DNA of 64,000 nt, from IMG/VR virus record IMGVR_UViG_3300005686_000008, one strand, 5' to 3'. The stretch comes from a virus (Duplodnaviria > Caudoviricetes). The notes beneath the pieces were generated by a model. The model worked only from the letters and a program-made list of their open reading frames with translations. It was not told the origin of the DNA and ran no database searches. How positions within the stretch are numbered: position 1 is the stretch's first letter; the number at the start of each line of letters is the position of its first letter. Both the position numbers and the translations under genes were made by a program. This document shows, in pieces, positions 39,467 to 48,736 of this stretch.

Positions 39467-40609
39467 ATGAGCGCTGTTATTGAAAAAGGCGTTGCAGAAA
39501 GAGAACTGGATGTTGCTGTAGATGATGCTATCTACTGCATGCAACATAAGTATGAACTCCCTTACACAACCGTAGACCCTTACGGGAATACAACAGTTAG
39601 CGTTGTTGATAAGGTTGAGACATACTTCCAGCCTACGCCAGATGGCGATGCAATGCGGGCTAAACTTTCTCTCAAGGTATTCAAGAACCAAACCGTCAAG
39701 GTTTCTCCTGTTCTTGCAACCGGAGAAGAAGTTCATCCTCACCAAAGAGGATTTGTTGATGCGACAATGAATGCTCTTGAGCATTTAGAAAAAGAAATGC
39801 CTGATGACAGAAACCTCAAACAAATATATAGGTCTCTTATGAGATACAGCACAACAGGTACATCCGCAATTTCAACGCTCAGTTACTCTGCCTATGATGA
39901 TGAAACTGACATTACAGATACTTCATCATACTATAATAAGTATGCTTACTTGTATCGAAACTCCGTAAACGCTACAGAAGCATACCTTACCCCTTATTAC
40001 AAGACTCTTTCTACAACGTCAACAACATATACTGCTTGGGATACAACTACAGACTCTTCTTATAATCATCATGTTAAGTATTGGCTTGGCAGGGAGAGGT
40101 CTCATCCGATTGTTGATGCGGTTGAGAGAATCAAAGAAATCATCCGTAATCGTCAGGCTCCAGCCGTCATTATTCGCGACAACGTTATTCGCAGAACTAC
40201 TGATGTTCGTGAAATTCGCGCAAGACAAACTCTTCGCCGATTGATCGGGGAAGATGCGTATCAAAAGTTCATTTGTAGAGGCTTCGTTACTTATAAGGGC
40301 GAAAATAGAACCTATCAAATCTTCCCTGGACATAAGAAAGTCGTTGTTTGGTCTCAGGGTAAGAAAATAGAAGAACTCTGCATCATCCTTTCTGGAGACT
40401 TCCCGCCTACGGATACTCTTCTTATGCGTCTCTTATTTATTCAGGAGAGCGAAGAAAGATTCCGCGCAACTTCCAACGTCTTCCCTGCTTATGCTCCTTC
40501 TCATGGAAGGGCTATTGAGGTTGAGACTCCGAAGATTATTACTCTGCCAGAAATCTTTGCTGGCTTGAAAGTTGAGCAAGACCGTTCGCAGCGTAGACTG
40601 GTGGCATAA
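39467..40609 (+). CDS. Hypothetical protein with Thr/Ser/Tyr-rich linker and C-terminal LC..P.TD domain
   Basis: Starts 3 nt after the GG protein; ELCIILSGDFPPTDTLL. Confidence 0.65.
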   Translation: MSAVIEKGVAERELDVAVDDAIYCMQHKYELPYTTVDPYGNTTVSVVDKVETYFQPTPDGDAMRAKLSLKVFKNQTVKVSPVLATGEEVHPHQRGFVDATMNALEHLEKEMPDDRNLKQIYRSLMRYSTTGTSAISTLSYSAYDDETDITDTSSYYNKYAYLYRNSVNATEAYLTPYYKTLSTTSTTYTAWDTTTDSSYNHHVKYWLGRERSHPIVDAVERIKEIIRNRQAPAVIIRDNVIRRTTDVREIRARQTLRRLIGEDAYQKFICRGFVTYKGENRTYQIFPGHKKVVVWSQGKKIEELCIILSGDFPPTDTLLMRLLFIQESEERFRATSNVFPAYAPSHGRAIEVETPKIITLPEIFAGLKVEQDRSQRRLVA

Positions 40610-41319
40610 TGTTTCAATGGCTTACAAACCTGTTCAAAAGAAAGTCTCCATCTTATAAGGTTTGGGCTTATAGATTCGATTGCGTTAGTAAATGGAGTAA
40701 GGTTGTTTCTGTTGACAAACCCTCTCCTGATTTTACAGGAAAGGTTGTTGGACCATTTAGGTCAGAGGTTGATTGCGAAGAATTTTGCTCAGAACAAAAC
40801 GCAACAATGTATTGGATTTCAAATGAGCAATCCAGAAAAGTCAAACGATAGAGAATCTTGTCCTTGTGCGTTTGGAAATCCTTGTTCTCCAAATTGTTCT
40901 TGCGCTCATAGATTTATGTCTGGCGGATGTCGGCGCTGCTGTCGTTATGGTTCCAAAGAACAGCAAAAGGGAATGGCTAAAGCACTCATTGATAAAGAAG
41001 TATTGTTCAATAAGGCTATAGATGCTCTAACGGCTATTTCTCAACTCGGAGGCAACCTTTCTGATGGAAAGTTCATAAGCAGAAGCGGGACAAATGATGC
41101 AGTTTATAGAGGGCAGATGTATGTTAGCGCAAGAGCTATCGCTAATGAGTTCTTGAGCTACAAAAAAGACGCTGAAAACGGCAAATATAAGATCAAGGCT
41201 CCAAAGGATTGTGTTATTGATGACAAGGGAGATGTTATCAAAGGAACATGGACCCGCGAAAATGGCGGTCATGGAGACTTTTGGTGGAGATTTGATGGCG
41301 AAGCCTTTGAGGATGACTA

Positions 41320-41937
41320 ATGAAAGAATATCCGTCTATTGAAGGGCCTCTTGGTGACTTTGGAAAGCCTTGTATTGCTTTTTATAAGTATGATGGTAGC
41401 AACCTGCGATTTGAATGGACCCCTAAGAATGGTTGGACTAAGTTTGGAACCAGAACGAGACTATTTGATAAGACCGATCCTGTTTTTGGTTGCGCAATAG
41501 ATATCTTCATGGCGACACAATCTGAAGGCATTGAGCGAGTTATTAGAAACACAAAAGAGTTTCGTAATAACGAACGAGTAACAGCTTATTGCGAGTTCTT
41601 TGGCCCCAAATCGTTTGCTGGCATCCATGATTTAGAGCCAGACAACGATCCCAAGGAACTTGTTTTATTTGACATAAACTTCCACAAGAAGGGCATTCTT
41701 GGGCCGAGGGATTTTGTGAAACACTTTGGTCATCTCAAGTCTGCTCAGGTTGTTTATGATGGCAACTTTAATCAAGAGCTGATTAACGCTGTACGCAATA
41801 GGACTCTTCCTGTTTGGGAAGGAGTTGTTGCCAAGGGCGGCTCTGGACATGATTTATGGATGCGCAAAATCAAGTCCAACGACTATCTTGATAAATTGAA
41901 AGCCGTCTTTGCTGGCGAATGGGAAAAGTACGTCTAA
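41320..41937 (+). CDS. RNA ligase (Rnl2-like nucleotidyltransferase domain)
   Basis: Motif I KYDGSN, III CEFFG, IIIa LFDI, IV EGVV, V KIK. Confidence 0.8.
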   Translation: MKEYPSIEGPLGDFGKPCIAFYKYDGSNLRFEWTPKNGWTKFGTRTRLFDKTDPVFGCAIDIFMATQSEGIERVIRNTKEFRNNERVTAYCEFFGPKSFAGIHDLEPDNDPKELVLFDINFHKKGILGPRDFVKHFGHLKSAQVVYDGNFNQELINAVRNRTLPVWEGVVAKGGSGHDLWMRKIKSNDYLDKLKAVFAGEWEKYV

Positions 41938-42779
41938 ACGAACTTCTTCCAGAAGTCTTTCTTGAAATAGTGGAACATGGCGTACTCAACCTTGTAGTTG
42001 CTCCACTTGGTTGCCTTGACAACCTCGCGACTAAACTTTTCTGAGCCTACCGCTTTGAAGATCGCCTCTGCTTCTTCTCTTGAATCGCAGACAATAGCGA
42101 AGGCTCCCTCAGTCATTCCATATTCCCCTTCCAGATCCAGTAAGGGTCGAATATGCTCTCCAACATTAAGTATGACCTTGTTCTTAACTCCGAATAGACC
42201 TCGTTCGGTAGTTGAGGCATACATAAAAACTGGTCCATCCTTTACAACAGAATGAAGAAGAGGATACTTGTGAGTATCGCTTTTCTTATCTTTTACAAGA
42301 GACTTGTACTTTGTATGATAATAGGTGCAATAAAGAACATTGAGCCTATTCCTTCCGGTTGAATCAATAAGGTCTAAAACGCCAAAAATGTTTGCACTTG
42401 GAAGAAATGGCAATCCAGATATGTCTAAGACCGCTACATTGCCCTCCTCGTCGTTTATAGCTGTAGATTTTTGATACTTTGCCTTTTTGAGAATATAGTA
42501 GTCAAAACGAGTATTTGCCCCAAAGATTTGCTTAGCGGCCTTTTTTGAATGCATCTTTAGAATCTGTATGTCATAAGCAATGAGAATCGAATATAATTTT
42601 GACCAAGGTTTTCTCCATATGGAGGGATGGATATTGGCTATATATCCATCATCCTTACAAAGCACGATAGCCTTTTCAACGAATAAAGGCCACAATAGTT
42701 TATTGCGGCCTATCCCATCCTTACTGCTTTGCTGGTAAGGAGGATTCATTAAAATAACATCGAACTGCTTTGAACTCAT
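41934..42779 (-). CDS. Amino-methyltransferase catalytic + TRD half (Eco57I-like), lacking the SAM-binding motif I
   Basis: Begins MSSKQFDVILMNPPYQ; LWPLFV, IHPS.WR; ends KDFWKKFV like 52609-53841. Confidence 0.8.
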   Translation of the reverse strand: MSSKQFDVILMNPPYQQSSKDGIGRNKLLWPLFVEKAIVLCKDDGYIANIHPSIWRKPWSKLYSILIAYDIQILKMHSKKAAKQIFGANTRFDYYILKKAKYQKSTAINDEEGNVAVLDISGLPFLPSANIFGVLDLIDSTGRNRLNVLYCTYYHTKYKSLVKDKKSDTHKYPLLHSVVKDGPVFMYASTTERGLFGVKNKVILNVGEHIRPLLDLEGEYGMTEGAFAIVCDSREEAEAIFKAVGSEKFSREVVKATKWSNYKVEYAMFHYFKKDFWKKFV

Positions 42780-42807
42780 GTTGATACATGAGTTTCGTCA
42801 ATTCTGC

Positions 42808-43587
42808 TTAGAAGACACAAGACATTTTTCTGTCTTGTAGAAGTTTCTTTTCAACGGCAGCGTTCGCTATAACTTGTTCTTTGTTGAACTCTCGCCGGAA
42901 ATTCTCAACAGAGTCATATCCCCAAAGTCTCATTTTCTTGGCTTTAGACATCCATGCGCCAACAAAATAGAAGAAATCATCATCAACCCAGGGCGGAACC
43001 CAACAGCCAGAACGAGCAATAAAGATTTTGCTTACGGTTCTTGCATAAGTTTCGCTAATGCCGTAAACAACATCAACCTTAACTCCAAGTTTTTCCATCT
43101 CTGTCATTGCTTCGTTGGACGGATAATCGCTATCTTCGTCTTTTCGCCAAAGAGGATAAACAACCGTTACTTTGTTAACTCTACCCTCTTTTGCAAGATG
43201 GAAGATCCAGTTTCCGCAATCGAGCTTTGCTTTCTGGTGGTAGAATATGTCGTGGTGAGCGTCGATGTTGACGATTTCCAGGTTTTCAGAATCCTTGAGC
43301 AAGTGATAAGCTGATGCATGAGATTCTGCAATAGAAACCTCAACATTCTTTTTGAACTTCCAGCCAAGGATTTCAAGGTCAGATGGCAAATCAACTGGTG
43401 AACCAACGACCCCAACCTCCTTGAAAGGATCGATACCCGAGTTGATGAGGTTCATTGCTCTGATTGCCCATATTTCGTTCAAAAACATGGGACTGGATTC
43501 GCTATGAGACCAGTCATATGAATCCTTCTCCTTGACGAAGAAATCGAAATCTACGCTCAGAACGACGGAGTTTCGGGGCTTTGCCAT
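42808..43587 (-). CDS. UPF0489/arginase-deacetylase-fold protein
   Basis: LSVDFDFF, AESH, NIDAHHD, DCGNW, ARSGCWVPP. Confidence 0.65.
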   Translation of the reverse strand: MAKPRNSVVLSVDFDFFVKEKDSYDWSHSESSPMFLNEIWAIRAMNLINSGIDPFKEVGVVGSPVDLPSDLEILGWKFKKNVEVSIAESHASAYHLLKDSENLEIVNIDAHHDIFYHQKAKLDCGNWIFHLAKEGRVNKVTVVYPLWRKDEDSDYPSNEAMTEMEKLGVKVDVVYGISETYARTVSKIFIARSGCWVPPWVDDDFFYFVGAWMSKAKKMRLWGYDSVENFRREFNKEQVIANAAVEKKLLQDRKMSCVF

Positions 43588-43714
43588 GCACGTTCGGTTT
43601 TTAGCGAAAAGTTTAGTCGTGATTAGTTTCAAACACAAAAACCTTGCCTTATTTTTGTTAGCTGACTAAACTTTCTACGGTAAAGTCTATTAAGCAAACC
43701 ACATAGGAGCGTAT

Positions 43715-43870
43715 ATGAACCAGTCAGGTATAGCAAAGAAGGCGTGGAAAACTCGTAAGGAAAATGAAGTGAAAGAAAAGAGATCAAATGCTGCTAAGAA
43801 AGCGCATGTGACTCGCAATAGGAAATCTGCCGCTAAGAAAGCCTGGAAGACTCGCAGGGAGAATGATTAA
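43715..43870 (+). CDS. Small basic protein (51 aa) with three AKKA(W/H)xTR repeats
   Basis: RBS aggag; MNQSGIAKKAWKTRK...AAKKAHVTR...AAKKAWKTRREND; below the ORF-track cutoff. Confidence 0.75.
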   Translation: MNQSGIAKKAWKTRKENEVKEKRSNAAKKAHVTRNRKSAAKKAWKTRREND

Positions 43871-43871
43871 G

Positions 43872-46100
43872 ATGCCACTTACGCAAGACCAAATTGAGGC
43901 AAGAAAGCCTAATGCTTTTCCAAAGACTTTCTTTAGCTTAGATTCTACATCAAAAGTTAAATCTATCACTCTTCCAGATGAATTTGAAGAGTTAATCTTT
44001 ATTCCTCGTGATGTTCAAAAAAACCCTCTTGAGTTTTTTTGCAACAGACATAATAATAAGAAACGAATCTCTGGAGCTATTTTAACAACAGGTGCAGGCA
44101 AGAGTAAATTGGCAAGTTTTAGCGCCTGTGAAATTCTTCGACAAAACAGCAAAATGAGGTTCATAATCGCTGTTCCTCAAGAAGTTATTGGAGAAAGTTG
44201 GAGGCATGGAAGTGATGAAGAGATTTCCAATTTCTTACTTGGAAAAGAAAACTGGAAACTATTTGAAGGCTTGTCTGAAGAAGATATGAAGAAGTGGAAA
44301 ACTCTTAGACTTTTTGATTCCAATGATGTTGTTTCCTGGAGCATTAATACAGACTTATGCCGTGGGGCAGGTAAAGCTTGTCAAACAGAGAACAGTAAGG
44401 TTATGGAGCTTATTAATTTCCTGAGACAACCTCCATCAAAATCTGTTTGTTCCAGAATAGCTCTTGTTTCTCACTCAACACTTGCTAGAGCATATAAAAA
44501 GATTGAAAAAGAAAAACGTTTGCATCTTTTTTGTAATACCATTACTTGTATTGACGAGTTTCATCATCTTTATGTTGACAATAACAAGGATGAATGCAAT
44601 TCTCTTGGTGAACTTGTTTATTGCCTCGCCGAGAAAGGCGACAATTTAAACGCCTTTGTTTGGTGTCTTACTGGCACTTTCTTTAGAGGCGACCGTAGAA
44701 GAATTTTTGGCAACGAGTTTAATGATCTAGTCAACGATGCTTTCTACGAGCTTCCATTTGATGAATACTTTAAGACAATGAAGTTTCTCAATAAACTTCT
44801 ATACAGATTTGGAGTGTTCAATATTGAAAATGGATACTCTGACGCTATTGCCAGTACCATTGCTAGCGATGGAATTAATAAAACTCTAATCTTTATCCCA
44901 TCCAGAACAAAAGGTGAGTCGTCCTTATTCCCTGTTTGCAAGAAAAAGGATGAGATCAAAGGAGTTCTAAAAGGAATCGTTAAGGGGGCAGGATGGAACG
45001 GAGAAGTGGAGACAGCTCCATACATTACCAGCGATGGAACAACTAACAAAGCGATTTTCAAACTGAGAGTTGAAGAGAACAAGTGGATTACGGTTGTTGA
45101 TGCTGTTGATGATGAAGATCATATTCGTAAGGGAGTAAAAGCGTTCCTAAGAAAAGTAAATAGCGGGAAAGATAATGTTGACATTATCATTGCTCTTGGT
45201 ATGTGCAAAGAAGGATTCGACTGGATTGCTTGCGACAGAATCATTCAGGTTGGTATTATTAAAAGTCTTGGAGTCATTGTTCAAGTCAACGGAAGAATGA
45301 TTAGAGATTTTGCTGGCAAGAATGTTGCGCAAATGACATGGCTCTTCCCGTCTTCTTCAAAAATTGATAAAGACTCTATTGCTGAAGACCTGAATGAAGC
45401 GCTAATGACTATTAATCTTGCTCTTATGATGTGCGTTGACATCATGCAGCCAATCAAGATTTCTGTTCCTAAAAAAGATAACCCTAATGAACAGGAAGAA
45501 ATTTCTGGCGGAGACCTTCTTAGCGAACTATTTGTAGAAATGGATGATCGTACAACCTTCTTGACTATGGTATCAGCCAAGATTGCTGCTATTGGTGGCA
45601 ATATATCATTTGAAGATAGAGTCTTGATTGTTTCTGATTTGCTTCTTGAGTTTGGAGTTGATGAGGATGATGTTACTTTTTACAAAGAAGCGGTAGCAAC
45701 TTACACACTAAAACGAGCCGCAGCAATCCTGTCAAATAAGGATTTCCGTCTTTCATTGGATTTTGATTCTCCAATCATTCGTGAAATGTGTAAAGAATTC
45801 AATATTGTCAACCCAGAAGATATTTCTCCAGAAGGATTGATTGCTTTTTTTGCTGCTGATGCGATTGGTGTTTCTTCATTTGAGACTTACAGGAAGGCTG
45901 TCACTCGTATTTCTATGAGTTATAGCGAAGAGGCATTCAATGAATTCCAGATAAGTATGGATAAGTTCAGAAAAGATAACAATAGGATGCCAGATCTTGA
46001 ATCTGAAAACGAGAGCGAAAGAGAACTCGCAGAAGAGCGCAATAGGTGGATAAATAATCGCATCTTAATAAATTGTGCGCGTAGTATGGAGAGGGAATAG
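43872..46100 (+). CDS. SF2 (DEXH, Res-like) helicase with a partial C-terminal helicase-associated repeat
   Basis: TTGAGKS, IDEFHH, LTGTFFRGD, KEGFDW, QVNGRMIR. Confidence 0.88.
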   Translation: MPLTQDQIEARKPNAFPKTFFSLDSTSKVKSITLPDEFEELIFIPRDVQKNPLEFFCNRHNNKKRISGAILTTGAGKSKLASFSACEILRQNSKMRFIIAVPQEVIGESWRHGSDEEISNFLLGKENWKLFEGLSEEDMKKWKTLRLFDSNDVVSWSINTDLCRGAGKACQTENSKVMELINFLRQPPSKSVCSRIALVSHSTLARAYKKIEKEKRLHLFCNTITCIDEFHHLYVDNNKDECNSLGELVYCLAEKGDNLNAFVWCLTGTFFRGDRRRIFGNEFNDLVNDAFYELPFDEYFKTMKFLNKLLYRFGVFNIENGYSDAIASTIASDGINKTLIFIPSRTKGESSLFPVCKKKDEIKGVLKGIVKGAGWNGEVETAPYITSDGTTNKAIFKLRVEENKWITVVDAVDDEDHIRKGVKAFLRKVNSGKDNVDIIIALGMCKEGFDWIACDRIIQVGIIKSLGVIVQVNGRMIRDFAGKNVAQMTWLFPSSSKIDKDSIAEDLNEALMTINLALMMCVDIMQPIKISVPKKDNPNEQEEISGGDLLSELFVEMDDRTTFLTMVSAKIAAIGGNISFEDRVLIVSDLLLEFGVDEDDVTFYKEAVATYTLKRAAAILSNKDFRLSLDFDSPIIREMCKEFNIVNPEDISPEGLIAFFAADAIGVSSFETYRKAVTRISMSYSEEAFNEFQISMDKFRKDNNRMPDLESENESERELAEERNRWINNRILINCARSMERE

Positions 46101-46828
46101 TGTTCAAGAGTTATCATATAAAAGCTATCAAGTATCTTGAAAGCCTAGATGGACACTATTGGCCGCAACCACGAGATTTAGATGCGCAATGGCAAGAGAA
46201 TGCTGACAAGTTGAAAACCTTTGTAAATAAATACAATAGGTTGCCAAGTTTTCGTACCAAAGATTCGGAAGAAAAGAAGATTGGCAGTTGGGCAAGTCAT
46301 CAAAGACGAAATTACAAAGGTAGTGGTAACAGAACTCTTACTAGAGAGCAGATTGCTTTTTTAGAAAGTATTCCTGGTTGGTACTGGGAAAAAGATTTAG
46401 ATGGATTGTGGCAAGAGTATGCAAATAATCTAAAAGCCTTTGTTGATAAACGCAAAAGGTTGCCAAATTTCCGTTCCAAAGATTCAGAAGAAAAGAAGAT
46501 TGGTAAATGGATGCATCATCAAAGACAAAATTACAAAGGTAGCGGAAAAAGAACTCTCACTCAAGAGCAGATTGCTTTCTTAGAAAGCATTCCTGGTTGG
46601 TACTGGGATGTTGATGAATTATGGCAAGAGAACGCAAACAATCTGAAAGCCTTTGTAAAGAAATACAATAGGTTGCCAATCTCTAATTCTAAAGATTCAG
46701 AGGAAAAAAAGATTGGTAACTGGATGTATCTTCAAAGACGAAATTACAAAGGTAAAGGTAGTAGAGTTCTTACTCAAGAACAGATTGCTTTTTTAGAATC
46801 TATTCCTGGTTGGAAGTGGAGCGGATAA
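46100..46828 (+). CDS. Helicase-associated (HA) repeat protein, 3 repeats
   Basis: 3 x WQE.A..LK.FV....RLP....KDSEEKKIG.W...QR.NYKG.G.R.LT.EQIAFLESIPGW.W; GTG overlaps the helicase TAG. Confidence 0.85.
   Translation: MFKSYHIKAIKYLESLDGHYWPQPRDLDAQWQENADKLKTFVNKYNRLPSFRTKDSEEKKIGSWASHQRRNYKGSGNRTLTREQIAFLESIPGWYWEKDLDGLWQEYANNLKAFVDKRKRLPNFRSKDSEEKKIGKWMHHQRQNYKGSGKRTLTQEQIAFLESIPGWYWDVDELWQENANNLKAFVKKYNRLPISNSKDSEEKKIGNWMYLQRRNYKGKGSRVLTQEQIAFLESIPGWKWSG
46176..46822 (+). repeat. Three near-identical ~210-bp tandem coding repeats
   Basis: Repeated aaagattc..aagaaaagaagattgg and cagattgcttt.ttagaa...attcctggttgg. Confidence 0.85.
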
Positions 46829-47526
46829 TGACCATTACCTCTAAAACTTACACCGGCTGTCCTCGCAAGCAAGCTGCTAGAGATGCTACAATCATCAATC
46901 TATACAAACAACTGCGAGGGCCATCTATCCCTTTAAATAAGCAGTATTGGAGCATGTGCGCTCATTGTGCTAATAAAGATGGTATCATAGAAGGCTCAGA
47001 ACTTGACCAAATAATTAAAGCTGGTTTGATAAAGCAAGAACAGTTTCATGGAGTTGATAATTTTCGAGATAAAAATACCGGCGAGTTAAGTATCTATAAT
47101 TCAAATTCTCAATATTCAGGTTGTCATTGGTATGGAGAAGATTTTCTTATTGCCATGCAGGAAGAGCAGTCTGCCGGCAAATTCAATCCAGAAATAGTCA
47201 ATGCAGACCTTATCAATATGCATGAGGGAGCAGCAAGTCGAGCCGGAAAGATTTTGAATTTCCTGCATGATTCAGGTAATGTTGATACTATTTTTATCCT
47301 TAACGTTGTTCTAAAAGCCCATAATCGCCATTCTGATGTTGTAGACCTAGAAAAAAGTTTATGCAAGGATTCTATATTTAGAATTATTTGGAATAAGGGG
47401 TTGTGGAAAATACTAGGAAACGAAGTGTATACATATCATGGAACCCAACCTAATAAAAGCGTCAATAATGATGTAAAGAATCCCAAAACGATTATGGGAA
47501 CAGTTGTATTTGTTCCCAACAAGTAA
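46828..47526 (+). CDS. Hypothetical protein, possibly a divergent Rossmann methyltransferase fold
   Basis: FHGVD, WYGEDF, IVNADL spaced like class I MTase strands; no canonical GxG. Confidence 0.45.
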   Translation: MTITSKTYTGCPRKQAARDATIINLYKQLRGPSIPLNKQYWSMCAHCANKDGIIEGSELDQIIKAGLIKQEQFHGVDNFRDKNTGELSIYNSNSQYSGCHWYGEDFLIAMQEEQSAGKFNPEIVNADLINMHEGAASRAGKILNFLHDSGNVDTIFILNVVLKAHNRHSDVVDLEKSLCKDSIFRIIWNKGLWKILGNEVYTYHGTQPNKSVNNDVKNPKTIMGTVVFVPNK

Positions 47527-47531
47527 AAAAT

Positions 47532-48530
47532 ATGAAATCGTATCATATAAAAGCTGTCAAGTATCTTGAGAATCTTCCAGGTCATCGCTGGCCCAATCGT
47601 TCAGACAGATCTGTAGAGCATAATCAAAAGATTTTGTTGAAAATGGCTGATGAAAAAAAGCCAAGACCAAAGCATAATACGAAAATTGGCAAAGCTCTTA
47701 TTCGATATACTACAGGTAATAATCGTAATAGCAATTTTGATATAAGAATCAGAGAAAAAATACCAGAGTGGTTTATCAGCCAATCTGATATTGCTAATCA
47801 AAAAAAGCAAATGTTCTTGGATATGGCTAGTAGAGGAGAGCCTCGTCCTAGTTCAAAAACAAAAATGGGGAAATTGCTTTATGCATATCTAGATAAAAAC
47901 CATCATCTATATGATGAAGATTTTGAATCAGATTTATCTAAATTTCCAGAATGGATAATTAAAGTATCCGAAAGAGTAGCTAAAAACAAATCAATTCTTC
48001 TAGAAATGGCTGAATCTGGAAAACCCAAACCAAAGAGAGGTTCTTCTCTAAGAAATTTGTTAGACAATTACATGAGAGATGATGATGTATTTAGGGGAAA
48101 AATTATAGAATCCAACACTGCTTGGGCACCAAAAGCAAAGAATGAAATTGAACAGAAAAAACAATTAATTCTAAATATGGCTCGAAATAACGAACCTAAA
48201 CCAAATTGCAATTCTGCACTAGGACAATTTCTTCGTAGACAAATGAAACGAGATAAAAAATTTGCAGCTCAAGTGCGCCTTATTAACCCAAATTGGGCTG
48301 CAAAAAGATCTAACATAGCACCTAGAAATAAAGCAATACTTTCAAAAATGGCCAGAAGAGGAGATCCAAGACCAAAAGCTAATACAAAGCTTGGCGGAGC
48401 GTTGCATTCATATACAACAATTGGACATAAAGCATATGATTCTTCTTTCGACAAATCTATTAGGTTTGATAGAAAAAACTGGTTTAGGATAAGAAGAAAA
48501 AACAGTGACAAATCTTTATCAAAATGCTAG
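47532..48530 (+). CDS. Basic protein with five ~58-aa repeats
   Basis: 5 x K..LL.MA....P[RK]P.....G..L; N-terminus shared with 46100-46828. Confidence 0.75.
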   Translation: MKSYHIKAVKYLENLPGHRWPNRSDRSVEHNQKILLKMADEKKPRPKHNTKIGKALIRYTTGNNRNSNFDIRIREKIPEWFISQSDIANQKKQMFLDMASRGEPRPSSKTKMGKLLYAYLDKNHHLYDEDFESDLSKFPEWIIKVSERVAKNKSILLEMAESGKPKPKRGSSLRNLLDNYMRDDDVFRGKIIESNTAWAPKAKNEIEQKKQLILNMARNNEPKPNCNSALGQFLRRQMKRDKKFAAQVRLINPNWAAKRSNIAPRNKAILSKMARRGDPRPKANTKLGGALHSYTTIGHKAYDSSFDKSIRFDRKNWFRIRRKNSDKSLSKC

Positions 48531-48580
48531 TTCTAATTTGTGCTTTCGAGCCGGCTAAACTTCCCCTTAGCGCCTGTATC

Positions 48581-48736
48581 TTGTCTCCCGCTCTCTTAGC
48601 CGCCCAGTTTGCTGTGGCACAAATAACAGCAAAAAATCCCGGAACTTCGTAGAAGCCCTTTCACTTGGAAGCTCAACAAGAATAATAACCGGGTAAAGAG
48701 CAACAGACAACAAAGAGAAATCTTGCTGTCTGTTTT
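48581..48736 (+). promoter_or_regulatory. Structured leader upstream of rtcB
   Basis: Stems TTTGCTGT/ACAGCAAA, CCCGG/CCGGG, GCTCT/AGAGC, and alternative pairings of AGACA. Confidence 0.5.

Noticed and set aside
32172-39670. In-gene copies of GCTAAACTT (for example near 32172, 34967 and 39658)
   Set aside because: They encode Ala-Lys-Leu with common codons, so they were not counted as regulatory sites
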